A stretch of DNA of 64,000 nt from Chitinophaga pinensis (GTDB lineage: Bacteria; Bacteroidota; Bacteroidia; UKL13-3). Position 1 is the stretch's first letter, and each line of letters begins with the position of its first letter. Under the pieces are notes generated by a model that saw only the letters and a list, made by a program, of their open reading frames with translations, searched no databases and had not been told where the DNA came from. The stretch covers positions 3,915 through 67,914 of the forward strand of contig CAMCEM010000002.1 of the NCBI GenBank assembly GCA_945873755.1, read 5' to 3'. Both the position numbers and the translations under genes were made by a program. Shown here one piece after another: positions 47,448 through 57,000 of the stretch.

Positions 47448-48236
47448 ATGAAAAAAACAATCTTTACTTTAATTAATTTATTTTTTATTTTAAAACTAAC
47501 TTCAGCTGCAATAATAAATACCGATGTAAATAAAACGGTAGATAGTATTGCTACACAATATCAATTAGATATTACAGGCGATGGTAGTTACGACTTAACT
47601 TTCAATTATTTTGCTAATGGATCAATAACAGTTACTGGAAGAATTGGAACTGCTGGAAACTTTTATTTAGCCACAGCTACTATAAGTGGAAACAATAATT
47701 ACCCCATAAAAATTGGTAATGATAAATCGTTTGAAAAAAATACAACTTGGAAATCGAATGGAATATTTTTACAAAGCCCAAGCTTAGGATACACTGATTT
47801 TAAAGGAAAAGGAAACCAATACATAGGTGGTAAGTTAACTTATACTGGTGGAATTGAAACCTATTATTTTTGGGTTTTAATTAATGTTTCAAAAGATGGA
47901 AGCAGTTTAAACATTATAAAATGTGCCTATGAAAATGAAACTGATGTTCCATTGTTAACTGGTAACGAAGGTGCCACTAATGTTTCGGTAAATGAAGCTT
48001 TAAACAATATAAATTTCACAGTTTTCCCTCAGCCAGCAAGTACTTTTTTAAATATAACATGTACTGAAAAAATAGTAGATTATGCTATTTATAATTTAAC
48101 TGGAAAATTAATGGCTGATGAGAAATTAATTAACAATGAAATTAATGTAGCACAATTGCCAAAAGGCATTTATATTTTAAAACTAACAACTGCTACAAAT
48201 TTTTTAATAACTAAAAAAATAATTATAGAAAACTAA
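47448..48236 (+). CDS. Secreted protein with a T9SS type-A C-terminal sorting domain
   Basis: Signal peptide. C-terminal ...FTVFPQPASTFLNI...GIYILKL... is the sorting domain. Confidence 0.6.
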   Translation: MKKTIFTLINLFFILKLTSAAIINTDVNKTVDSIATQYQLDITGDGSYDLTFNYFANGSITVTGRIGTAGNFYLATATISGNNNYPIKIGNDKSFEKNTTWKSNGIFLQSPSLGYTDFKGKGNQYIGGKLTYTGGIETYYFWVLINVSKDGSSLNIIKCAYENETDVPLLTGNEGATNVSVNEALNNINFTVFPQPASTFLNITCTEKIVDYAIYNLTGKLMADEKLINNEINVAQLPKGIYILKLTTATNFLITKKIIIEN

Positions 48237-48237
48237 T

Positions 48238-50313
48238 ATGAAAATAAATAACCTAATAATAACTATTGCAACAGGAACTAGTTTAATACTAACTAGTTGT
48301 GGCAATAGTAGCAATACAAACATGACAGATAAAGACAGCACTAAAACCGAAAGTACGTTTAATGTAGAATGCGATAATTTTGCTGACTTACAAGTATTGA
48401 GGTACGAAGTAGAAGGTTTTAACGATTTGTCGGCATCGCAAAAAGAATTGGCTTACTATTTATTTGAAGCAGCAAATGCTGGCAGAGATATTATTTACGA
48501 CCAAAAATACAAACACAATTTAACCATTCGTAAAACCATTGAAGCCATTTTTGAAAGCTATAAAGGAGATAAGAATACAAACGAATTTAAACAACTTGAA
48601 ACCTATGCCAAAAGAGTTTTCTTTTCAAATGGAATTCATCACCACTACTCTAGTTTAAAGTTTGTTCCTGAATGTAATTTTAATTTTTTTGCTGATTTGG
48701 TTAAAGCATCTGATGAAAAATTATTGCCTTTAAATGGTAAATCAGTGGATGAATTTTTAAAAACAATTCGTCCAATTATTTTTGATGAAAAGCTAGAAAA
48801 TAAAATTGTTGACTTGGCATCAGGTATTGATAATATTAAAGCATCGGCAAATAATTTTTACGAAGGTGTAACCCAAAAAGAAGTAGAAGATTTTTACAAT
48901 GCTAGAATGAAAAAAAATGATGCAACGCCAATTTCGTGGGGGTTGAATAGTAAAATGATGAAGGAAAATGGCAAAGTGGTAGAAAAGGTTTGGAAAGTAG
49001 GTGGAATGTATTCTGCTGCTATTGAAAAAATAGTGTATTGGTTAGAAAAAGCAGTTACTGTTGCCGAAAACGACCAACAGAAAAAAACATTACAACTTTT
49101 AATTGAATATTACAAAACTGGCGATTTGAAAAAATGGGATGAATACAACATAGCTTGGGTAAATGATGTAGATTCGAGATTGGATGTAGTGAATGGTTTT
49201 ATTGAAGTTTATGGCGATGCAATAGGTAAACGTGCAAGTTTTGAAAGCGTGGTTTCAATGAAAGACATGGAAGCAACCAAACGTATAGCTGCTGTAGCTA
49301 AAGAAGCGCAATGGTTTGAAGATAATTCGCCAATTGCTCCTGAGCATAAAAAGAAGGAAGTAAAAGGCATAACTGCTAAAGTAATAACTGTAATACAAGA
49401 AGCAGGCGATGCTGCACCTGCTACACCAATTGGAATTAACTTACCCAATGCCAATTGGATTCGTCAGCAGCACGGTAGTAAATCGGTTTCGCTAAGTAAT
49501 ATTGTGCATAGTTACAATATAGTTGGTGCCAAAAGCCCTATGCTAAAAGAGTTTGCCGAAAATGAAGCACAAATTGCAAGAGCAAAAGAATATGGTTCAT
49601 TGGCAGGCGATTTACATACCGATATGCACGAAGTAATTGGCCACGCAAGCGGACAAATAAACAAAGGAGTTGGCGATCCTGACCAAACCTTAAAAAACTA
49701 TGCAAGTACTTTGGAAGAGGCCCGTGCCGACTTAGTAGCATTGTATTATGTGCTTGATAAAAAATTAGTTGATATGAAAATAATGCCTAGTTTAGATTGT
49801 GGTAAAGCCGAATACGATGGGTACATAATGAATGGTTTGATTACTCAATTAACTCGACTAAACTTAGGCGAAAATTTAGAAGAAGCACACATGCGTAACC
49901 GCCAATTAAATGCAAAATGGGCTTACGAAATGGGTAAAAAAGACAATGTAATTGAATATGTAAAACGCGATGGAAAAACCTACGTTAAAATTAATGATTA
50001 CGACAAACTACGTACTTTATTTGGCCAATTATTAAAAGAAATACAACGAATAAAAAGCGAAGGCGATTACAAGGCCGCCACTGCATTGGTAGAAACTTAT
50101 GGTGTAAAGGTTGACCAAGAATTATTGAAAGAAGTAAAAGATAGATTTAACAAACTAAACGTTGCTGCTTACAAAGGTTTTATTCAACCTAAGTTAGTAC
50201 CTGTAATGGATGGAGATAAAATAAAAGATGTGAAAGTAGAATACCCTACCAATTTCCTTGAAAACCAATTGGAGCTAGGAAAAAAATATGGATATTTGCC
50301 TGCTGTAAATTAA
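48238..50313 (+). CDS. M49-family dipeptidyl-peptidase III-like metallopeptidase (lipoprotein)
   Basis: LILTSCGN is a lipobox. HEVIGHASGQ plus EEARADLVALYY is the M49 HExxGH...EExxAE zinc signature. Confidence 0.7.
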   Translation: MKINNLIITIATGTSLILTSCGNSSNTNMTDKDSTKTESTFNVECDNFADLQVLRYEVEGFNDLSASQKELAYYLFEAANAGRDIIYDQKYKHNLTIRKTIEAIFESYKGDKNTNEFKQLETYAKRVFFSNGIHHHYSSLKFVPECNFNFFADLVKASDEKLLPLNGKSVDEFLKTIRPIIFDEKLENKIVDLASGIDNIKASANNFYEGVTQKEVEDFYNARMKKNDATPISWGLNSKMMKENGKVVEKVWKVGGMYSAAIEKIVYWLEKAVTVAENDQQKKTLQLLIEYYKTGDLKKWDEYNIAWVNDVDSRLDVVNGFIEVYGDAIGKRASFESVVSMKDMEATKRIAAVAKEAQWFEDNSPIAPEHKKKEVKGITAKVITVIQEAGDAAPATPIGINLPNANWIRQQHGSKSVSLSNIVHSYNIVGAKSPMLKEFAENEAQIARAKEYGSLAGDLHTDMHEVIGHASGQINKGVGDPDQTLKNYASTLEEARADLVALYYVLDKKLVDMKIMPSLDCGKAEYDGYIMNGLITQLTRLNLGENLEEAHMRNRQLNAKWAYEMGKKDNVIEYVKRDGKTYVKINDYDKLRTLFGQLLKEIQRIKSEGDYKAATALVETYGVKVDQELLKEVKDRFNKLNVAAYKGFIQPKLVPVMDGDKIKDVKVEYPTNFLENQLELGKKYGYLPAVN

Positions 50314-50326
50314 TTGAAAAATATAC

Positions 50327-50358
50327 TAGAGCCGTTCAATTGAACGGCTCTTTTTTTA
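50327..50358 (+). terminator. Intrinsic terminator (agagccgttcaattgaacggctct plus T7) between convergent genes
   Basis: Perfect 10-bp stem followed by ttttttt. Confidence 0.8.
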
Positions 50359-50640
50359 CTGTAATAATGAACCTAAAATTATTTCATAAATTATAAAATT
50401 GTCCTCTTCTATTTTAAAAGCCACTATCCATTTGCCAATTGTTACGCAAGAATACCCGAATTTTAATAAAACAGTATTGTTACATTTAGCATATTGAGTG
50501 TTTGGTTGGACAAATGATTTAATGCTGTCTTTAAATTTTAAAACATATCTGTTTCCACTACCAATTGTGTTTTTTGAATCTAAAAAATCTCTTTGCAAAC
50601 GAAGTGTTTTAAGAGCAGGTTCTTTAAAAATTAATTTCAT
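50356..50640 (-). CDS. RelE/ParE-family type II toxin
   Basis: About 94 aa with a ...KWIVAFKIEEDNFIIYEIIL... C-terminal pattern. It overlaps the upstream small gene by 4 nt. Confidence 0.55.
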   Translation of the reverse strand: MKLIFKEPALKTLRLQRDFLDSKNTIGSGNRYVLKFKDSIKSFVQPNTQYAKCNNTVLLKFGYSCVTIGKWIVAFKIEEDNFIIYEIILGSLLQ

Positions 50641-50888
50641 AAATTCACCTTATCTAACTCTAAAAGTAAATCCTCTTCATTAATATTTGAAGTATAATTT
50701 TGAGTAGATAAATATTCGGTAAGTTCAATATCTGAAGCAAGCCTACCTATGCCAAAAGCTATGTTATGGGGAGTAAGTTTTACTTTATTTACAGTTGAAA
50801 TATTTTTAACAAAAGGCAATGTCTCACATATTTTTTTCAGTTCTTCTACATTTTCTTTTGTATCAATTTCTATTGTTAAAATTTCCAT
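50637..50888 (-). CDS. Putative antitoxin for the ParE-like toxin
   Basis: 83-aa upstream partner. Paralog of 15890-16138. Confidence 0.5.
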   Translation of the reverse strand: MEILTIEIDTKENVEELKKICETLPFVKNISTVNKVKLTPHNIAFGIGRLASDIELTEYLSTQNYTSNINEEDLLLELDKVNL

Positions 50889-51074
50889 AGTTCAAATATA
50901 TCGTATTTTATTTTTTTGTAAAAAGGAATTTTTTAATATCTCTAATTTATTACAAATTACCTTTGTTACATTTTATCAAAAAGGGCTTCATATACAAAAT
51001 TTATTAAGCACAGTTAAGATTTATAAAGTAACTCCTACAATTCCTGAAAACCTAAATTTATTTAATTATAAAAT

Positions 51075-52832
51075 ATGAATTATTTATTGAATAAACTAAA
51101 AAATAAAAAAAACTATATTTTCTTTTTTGATTATTTAGAGCATACTTGTACTATGAAAATGTTTCTGTTTTGCTTCATTATTTTAATATCAAATTTTTGT
51201 ATCGCACAAAAAAAAGGATTAAAAACTGAAAATATATTCCTGGTTCCCGAAAAACATGAAACAAATATTGATAGTTTAGCTTCCTATTTTAATAAAACTT
51301 ATAAGGAAGATAGTACAAAAATAAAGGCAATTTATGTATGGATTGCAACTCATATTTTGTACGACTATAAATTATTAAAAATGAGTTATGGCTCATTTTA
51401 TAATCAGGAAGATAAAGTAGTTTTTAAAAATCGAATTGCGGTTTGTGCGGGGTATGCTAATTTATTCCATACTATTTGTACAAAATGTAATATTCAATGC
51501 GAAGTTATAACTGGTTTTGCTTATTCTAAAGAAAAAATCAATCTATCTAAGATAAACGATACACGGCATGGTTGGAATGCAGCTCGTATTAATGGCAAAT
51601 GGTATTTGTACGATGTAACTTGGGCTAGTAATAGATACGAATACAATAAACAACTAAACGGTAACTTTTGGTACTATTTCCAAACCGACCCTTATTTATT
51701 TTCATCAGGGCATTTGCCTGATGACGACATGTGGCAATTAAGAGAAAATATTATTAGTTATTCAAATTGGTTTAATAGAAAACAATCGGATTTTATTAAA
51801 CAAAATATTAAACCTAAATATAACTACGATAGTATAATAGAATACCACCAAAAACTAAAAGAAACTCAACTTATAAATTTAAAACTTAGCGAAGATTTTT
51901 ATGAAAATTTAGCGAATTTATTTAATGATATTAACATAAATATAAATGCTTATGAAACATTAGTTTACAACAAAAACAGTAGAACAATGTATAGCTCAAG
52001 TAAAGACTTTTTTGTAAATGATTCCTTTTTACAAAACCAAAAGTTATCATTTACAAATTATTATAAAATTATTGATAGTATTCAAAATTTACTAAATGAT
52101 ACAATCCTTTATGAAACTGATTCAACCAATTTTACACATACTATTAAACTTAAACAATATTTTGAAAGAGAATTGATTTGTTTGGATAGATTTATAAATT
52201 TTTCAAAATTTAGAAGATCAGGTGCTATATATCGCCCTGTTTATAGTAAATGGTTTATGGAAAACGCATACACCAAAACATATGAGTCTGAATTTTATGA
52301 AAAGGAAATGGACTTTTGTGTTTTTTTTAATATTAATAATGTAAATCCATTATATAATAATATTAAACAAGCAGGTTATTCAAGTTCTTTTGATTTTGGA
52401 CTTGGTTACATTCATAAAAATTATACTTTTAAGTATCTTTTAGATATCATGTTCACCAACAATCCTAACTACTTTGTTAATTTCAATAACACAAATAAAA
52501 AAGCAATATCTGCTTCTGCAAATAATTTTATGCTGCAAGCTGACTATAAATACTACAGATACAATAAATTAGCTTTATTTTTATCTTCAGGTTTAGGTTT
52601 AAATATGTTAACCCAATATATTGATAAAGAAACTTCGAAAGAAATTAACGATTTAAGTCCACGTTTATCAATAGGGCATTCTGTAACTTATAGGTATAAT
52701 ATTTTGTATTACTTTTCACTTAACACAGGTATTAGTTACTTAAATAACAGTACAAATTTAGGTCAAAACTTAAGTGGAATTATTTATAATATTGGAATTG
52801 GAGTTGGTTTTGGTGCAAATAAAATGTGGTAA
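51075..52832 (+). CDS. Transglutaminase-like cysteine-protease-domain protein with a C-terminal beta-barrel-like region. The start is probably at 51153 (MKMFLF...).
   Basis: AVCAGYANLF...RHGWNAARINGKWYLYDVTW is the transglutaminase-core Cys-His-Asp triad context. Confidence 0.65.
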   Translation: MNYLLNKLKNKKNYIFFFDYLEHTCTMKMFLFCFIILISNFCIAQKKGLKTENIFLVPEKHETNIDSLASYFNKTYKEDSTKIKAIYVWIATHILYDYKLLKMSYGSFYNQEDKVVFKNRIAVCAGYANLFHTICTKCNIQCEVITGFAYSKEKINLSKINDTRHGWNAARINGKWYLYDVTWASNRYEYNKQLNGNFWYYFQTDPYLFSSGHLPDDDMWQLRENIISYSNWFNRKQSDFIKQNIKPKYNYDSIIEYHQKLKETQLINLKLSEDFYENLANLFNDINININAYETLVYNKNSRTMYSSSKDFFVNDSFLQNQKLSFTNYYKIIDSIQNLLNDTILYETDSTNFTHTIKLKQYFERELICLDRFINFSKFRRSGAIYRPVYSKWFMENAYTKTYESEFYEKEMDFCVFFNINNVNPLYNNIKQAGYSSSFDFGLGYIHKNYTFKYLLDIMFTNNPNYFVNFNNTNKKAISASANNFMLQADYKYYRYNKLALFLSSGLGLNMLTQYIDKETSKEINDLSPRLSIGHSVTYRYNILYYFSLNTGISYLNNSTNLGQNLSGIIYNIGIGVGFGANKMW

Positions 52833-52854
52833 TTTTTTTTTTTACTTTTACAAA

Positions 52855-53505
52855 ATGATAAACCTAAATTTTGATGCCTTGCCAATTATAGAAACTGATA
52901 GGTTAATACTTAGAGCAGTTACTGAAAATGATGTGGAGGATGTGTTTGAAATACGCTCCAACCCAATAACTATGCTTTTTATTCCTAGGCCAATTGCAAA
53001 AACAAAAAACGATGCATTGGATGTAATTAATTTAATAAAGAATGGTATTGAAACTAAATCAAAAATTAACTGGGCAATAACCCAAAAAGGAAACAATAAA
53101 CTTATTGGAATAATTGGTTATGTAAATATACACGAACACAATAGCAGGGCCGAAGTTGGTTATGTTTTAAACGAAAACTATCACCGAAAGGGAATTACTA
53201 TCGAAGCATTACAGGCAGTAATTCAATTTGGGTTCAATCAGTTTAACTTCCATTCTATTGAAGCAGTAATAAACCCTGAAAACTTAGCTTCTTGCAACTT
53301 GGCTTTAAAATATGATTTTACCAAAGATGCTTACTTTAAAGATTATACATTTAGCAATAATGTATATACTGATGCTTATGTGTTTTCGTTATTAAAACTT
53401 TGTAAAAATAACCTTTCCAGAGTCACATCAATTCATTGTAAATTAGAAAAGTGGTACATAACTAAGTTTTATGTTTTTACACTAATTCTTACAGCAAAAG
53501 TTTAG
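52855..53505 (+). CDS. GNAT-family N-acetyltransferase (RimJ/RimL-like)
   Basis: RLILRAVTENDVEDVFE...RKGITIEAL is GNAT motif A. The start is taken at MINLNF, because the track ORF begins inside the upstream gene. Confidence 0.75.
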   Translation: MINLNFDALPIIETDRLILRAVTENDVEDVFEIRSNPITMLFIPRPIAKTKNDALDVINLIKNGIETKSKINWAITQKGNNKLIGIIGYVNIHEHNSRAEVGYVLNENYHRKGITIEALQAVIQFGFNQFNFHSIEAVINPENLASCNLALKYDFTKDAYFKDYTFSNNVYTDAYVFSLLKLCKNNLSRVTSIHCKLEKWYITKFYVFTLILTAKV

Positions 53506-54088
53506 CACCAATTGACATGGATAATTTATTAAAATCTGAATTGTTTGAAAAAGTTGTATTACCAAATAAAAATTTAAATTGAGTATTAGTATAGGCTGCT
53601 AACTTGTTTTTAATCAAAGTATACTCTATGTTTACACTTGGGCTAAGAAAATAATTAAATGAATTTGTCAACAACACTTTATCATATTTTGGAGTCCAAA
53701 AATAATTGTAACCATCTTTATAAATAAATGAAGTAGATAAACCATTAACTAAACCTAAAAAAATACTACTTTTTTTGCTCTTACTTCTTAAGATAAGTTT
53801 ATGTGCTTTCAAACCTATATCCATCATATAAAAATTTAAGTTTGGGTTTGATAAATTATATTCGTTTAAAATATTTTCTTTTGAATAAGTGTTCATAATA
53901 AATCCAAACTCATAACTTTTAAAAGTTTTATCAAAACTTATATTAATTCCAGTTATTTTATAAGTATTAAAATCGGAAGACACATAACCTAATTGCATTG
54001 CGGTAAAGAATTCTTTACTTTCTTGAGCAAAAGTTTTAGTAATCGAACTAAAACAAATACATATTAATAATAATTGTAACCGTCTCAT
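53489..54088 (-). CDS. Hypothetical secreted protein, possible small outer-membrane beta-barrel
   Basis: Signal peptide MRRLQLLLICICFSSITKTFAQ, alternating strands, and a C-terminal aromatic-x-hydrophobic end. Confidence 0.45.
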   Translation of the reverse strand: MRRLQLLLICICFSSITKTFAQESKEFFTAMQLGYVSSDFNTYKITGINISFDKTFKSYEFGFIMNTYSKENILNEYNLSNPNLNFYMMDIGLKAHKLILRSKSKKSSIFLGLVNGLSTSFIYKDGYNYFWTPKYDKVLLTNSFNYFLSPSVNIEYTLIKNKLAAYTNTQFKFLFGNTTFSNNSDFNKLSMSIGAKLLL

Positions 54089-54092
54089 GACC

Positions 54093-54785
54093 CTAACTAT
54101 AAAATCCTTTAACCCAAGCCATTATTGCAGAAATTGCAGAAACGACAACTGCTGAAATTAAGGAAGTACAAATAGCAATATCGGTTCCTCCGCCTGGCAG
54201 TTGTATAACAACAGTATAGGTAATCATAAGAGTTACTACATCTGCATCTATAATTGATCTTCCTCCAACATCTAAGTCAGGATAATTGGTTGTTAAATAG
54301 TTACCCCATGGACTCGAACCAATATTATCAATTTGATAATTCCAATAATCAGCACTATGTTTACCTAATGCAATCGCAATTAAAGCAGGTTGAAGTATTT
54401 CATAAGAATAACTAGACTTTATCAACTCTGCTTCTAATATTTCCAAATCTCCTCTAACATCGGTCCTTGAATTAGCATTCAAAATAGTACTTGAAATTTT
54501 ACTATAAATGAAAGATAATACAGCGTTGATATCACTAGGTTTTTTGTCAATATCATTACATAGATAAGCATTTAAAGCATTTGCTCCAGCGGGTGTATAT
54601 TTAGTTTTTTGCCAAATTGAAGGACTCGCAATACCATCGCAAGTAATACACATGTACGTAGCGGCTAAATCTAATACTTCTTCAACAGTTGGACTAGCTC
54701 CCAAATTATTAATAATGTAATCCAATCCATCATTGTGTAATAGTCCAACGGATTCATAAGGGTTTGTTACTGATTCTCCTGACAT
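54093..54785 (-). CDS. Hypothetical protein with a Gly-rich hydrophobic C-terminal tail and no signal peptide
   Basis: ...LPGGGTDIAICTSLISAVVVSAISAIMAWV near the C-terminus. Confidence 0.45.
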   Translation of the reverse strand: MSGESVTNPYESVGLLHNDGLDYIINNLGASPTVEEVLDLAATYMCITCDGIASPSIWQKTKYTPAGANALNAYLCNDIDKKPSDINAVLSFIYSKISSTILNANSRTDVRGDLEILEAELIKSSYSYEILQPALIAIALGKHSADYWNYQIDNIGSSPWGNYLTTNYPDLDVGGRSIIDADVVTLMITYTVVIQLPGGGTDIAICTSLISAVVVSAISAIMAWVKGFYS

Positions 54786-55049
54786 AATTTTATATTTTAA
54801 TTAATTTTTAATAACAAACGTAGAAATAATTTTTTTATTTAAAAAAAATTGCAATGAATGATATTTATCATGTAAAAAGATTATTTTTATTATTCATTTT
54901 GTTAATTATACTAAATTATAAGTTTATAAAACTCTCTCATTCTCATAATATACAATAATCTAGTGTAAAATAAATAAAAGAAAATTATATTAATAGCACC
55001 TACAATCCTAAGATTATTTGTTAAGTTCCAATAAATATAAACTTTATAT

Positions 55050-55427
55050 CTAGGCCAATTGCTTTTAACTTAAACGATGCCTTTACAAAAATAGAATAAA
55101 TGAAGATATAAAACCAACATCTAATTATTGGAATAATTGGTTATGTAAATATACACAAGCACAATAGTAGAGCCGAAGTTGGATATTTTTTAAACGAAAA
55201 TTATCACCAAAAAGGAATTACTATCGAGGCATTACACGCAGTAATTCAATTTGGGTTCAATCAATTTAGCTTCCTTTCAATTGAAGCAGTAATAAACCCT
55301 GAGAACTTAGCTTCTTGCAACTTGATTATAAAATATGGTTTTACAAAAGATGCTTACTTTAAAGATTATACCTTTAGCAACAATGTATACACTGATGCTT
55401 ATGTGTTTTCGTTTCTAAAAAAATAAA
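55050..55427 (+). pseudogene. Partial duplicate of the GNAT gene. It covers the C-terminal two-thirds; the N-terminus is deleted.
   Basis: 55118-55427 is about 90% identical in nucleotide sequence to 53098-53400 (LIGIIGYVNIH(K/E)HNSRAEVGY...). Upstream is only weak residual similarity (ctaggccaattgc...aacgatgc). Confidence 0.65.
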
Positions 55428-55434
55428 ACAACAG

Positions 55435-56319
55435 TTAAACTGCAGCAGTTTCTATTAAATTTACTTCTGCAATAAACTTTCTTTCTTTTAGCAAGTAGCC
55501 ATTGCCTTTTACTAAAATATGTACTTTAATATTTTCAATACAAATTGGTGAGCTTTCGCTTACATCGGTAATATTCGAAAATTTAATGTCTCTCCCATCA
55601 ACAATTACTACAGCACCACTGCCAATAACTTCTAAATGATTGTTGTTTATAATTATTACACCAGTATCCTCGCCTAAGCCAATTCCGGTGCATTGTGGGT
55701 TGCTAGCAACCGCTTGTGCCAAACGGTTAAATCTACCTCGTTTATCAAAATGCGAATCGATAATAACATTGGGAATGTAAGCCAACCCGGTTGTAATTTT
55801 TACTTCTCCTTTTAAATGAGCCAATTCACTTTTACCACTGTAAATCATGGTATTGCTCATAGCCATTGCACCTGCACTTGTGCCTGCAATTACAAACGAT
55901 TCTTCTCCAAAATACCTTTCGTTTAATACTTGGTATATTTCAGTTCCACCAAAAATACTTGTTAAACGCAATTGGTCGCCACCTGAAAAAAGTATGCCAT
56001 CACAGTCTTTTACTCGTTGTATGTATTCTGGATTTTGAACTTCCTCGCGGTTTCTTATATTCATAACACCTGCTCGGGTACAACCTATTTTACCAAAAGC
56101 ATCAATGTAATTTTGCCCCACTTCTTGGGGAATAGATGAAGCTGTAGTAATCACTTCTATTTTTTTATTCGACCCTCCAACTTCTTCTACAAATCGCTTT
56201 AGAATTGCTAAACTAAAAAAATTTAGACTTTTAACTGAGTGCCCATATCCATTTTCAGGCTCTGTGCCTTTATCTTCTGCACCACCAATTGATATGAGTT
56301 TTCCTTTTGGTATATTCAA
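55435..56319 (-). CDS. cphB: Cyanophycinase (peptidase S51)
   Basis: GKLISIGGAEDKG, ILFSGGDQLRL and AGTSAGAMAMS are the S51 Ser/His/Glu context. Confidence 0.75.
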   Translation of the reverse strand: MNIPKGKLISIGGAEDKGTEPENGYGHSVKSLNFFSLAILKRFVEEVGGSNKKIEVITTASSIPQEVGQNYIDAFGKIGCTRAGVMNIRNREEVQNPEYIQRVKDCDGILFSGGDQLRLTSIFGGTEIYQVLNERYFGEESFVIAGTSAGAMAMSNTMIYSGKSELAHLKGEVKITTGLAYIPNVIIDSHFDKRGRFNRLAQAVASNPQCTGIGLGEDTGVIIINNNHLEVIGSGAVVIVDGRDIKFSNITDVSESSPICIENIKVHILVKGNGYLLKERKFIAEVNLIETAAV

Positions 56320-56384
56320 TGTTAACTATTTAAAATTAAAAAAACTTACTAAACTTCCCCGCCCATTTACTTTTTTTATAAAGC

Positions 56385-56741
56385 TTATTCTTCGTCTTCT
56401 TCCTCCCCTTCCCACTCTTGGTCTGGGCTTGTCCACTCTTCACCTTCCATCATTTTACGGTATTCTATCAACTCCTCTTTGTTGTACTTGTTGTTAAAAT
56501 CGCTTAACAAATCTAATAAATAATCTAAATTAGCTTTCCCATCATCCTCAGTATATTCAAAAGTATAATTACCATTTTCTTCAATGTTTTCGTAAGCTAA
56601 TCTAATCATTCTTACATAGCCAGGCTGGTTTAAATTTTCAATAAAATGTTGGCGTAATTCTTTTAATTGTGCTACTACTTTTTCAGCATCAAATCCATCT
56701 TTTGCCAATGTTTGTTTAATGGCATCTATCAATTGCTTCAT
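56385..56741 (-). CDS. Hypothetical acidic protein
   Basis: ORF only. C-terminal EEWTSPDQEWEGEEEDEE. Confidence 0.45.
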   Translation of the reverse strand: MKQLIDAIKQTLAKDGFDAEKVVAQLKELRQHFIENLNQPGYVRMIRLAYENIEENGNYTFEYTEDDGKANLDYLLDLLSDFNNKYNKEELIEYRKMMEGEEWTSPDQEWEGEEEDEE

Positions 56742-56834
56742 TCTTTTATATTATTTTGGTGGCGAAAATAAGGTTTTGTTTTAAAACTCTAACTATTTAT
56801 TGTTTATTTGTTAAAGAAGTGAATTTGAGGTTTG

Positions 56835-56880
56835 GGAGATGAGATTTGGAATGTGGGAAATGAGCACTGAGATGGGAGAA
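56835..56880. repeat. Degenerate GAGATTTG/GGGAAATGAG repeat cluster. A further reverse-complement copy lies at 56981-57003.
   Basis: gaggtttgggagatgagatttggaatgtgggaaatgagcactgagatgggag. Confidence 0.7.
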
Positions 56881-57000
56881 AAAAATTTGCAATTTGCAAG
56901 GCGCATTGCTTAAAATTCAAAAACCAACAATTAATAATTAAACAAATAAGCAGTTAAGCAATCAAAAAATCAACAAGTCAAAAATCTCCAAATCAAAAAC

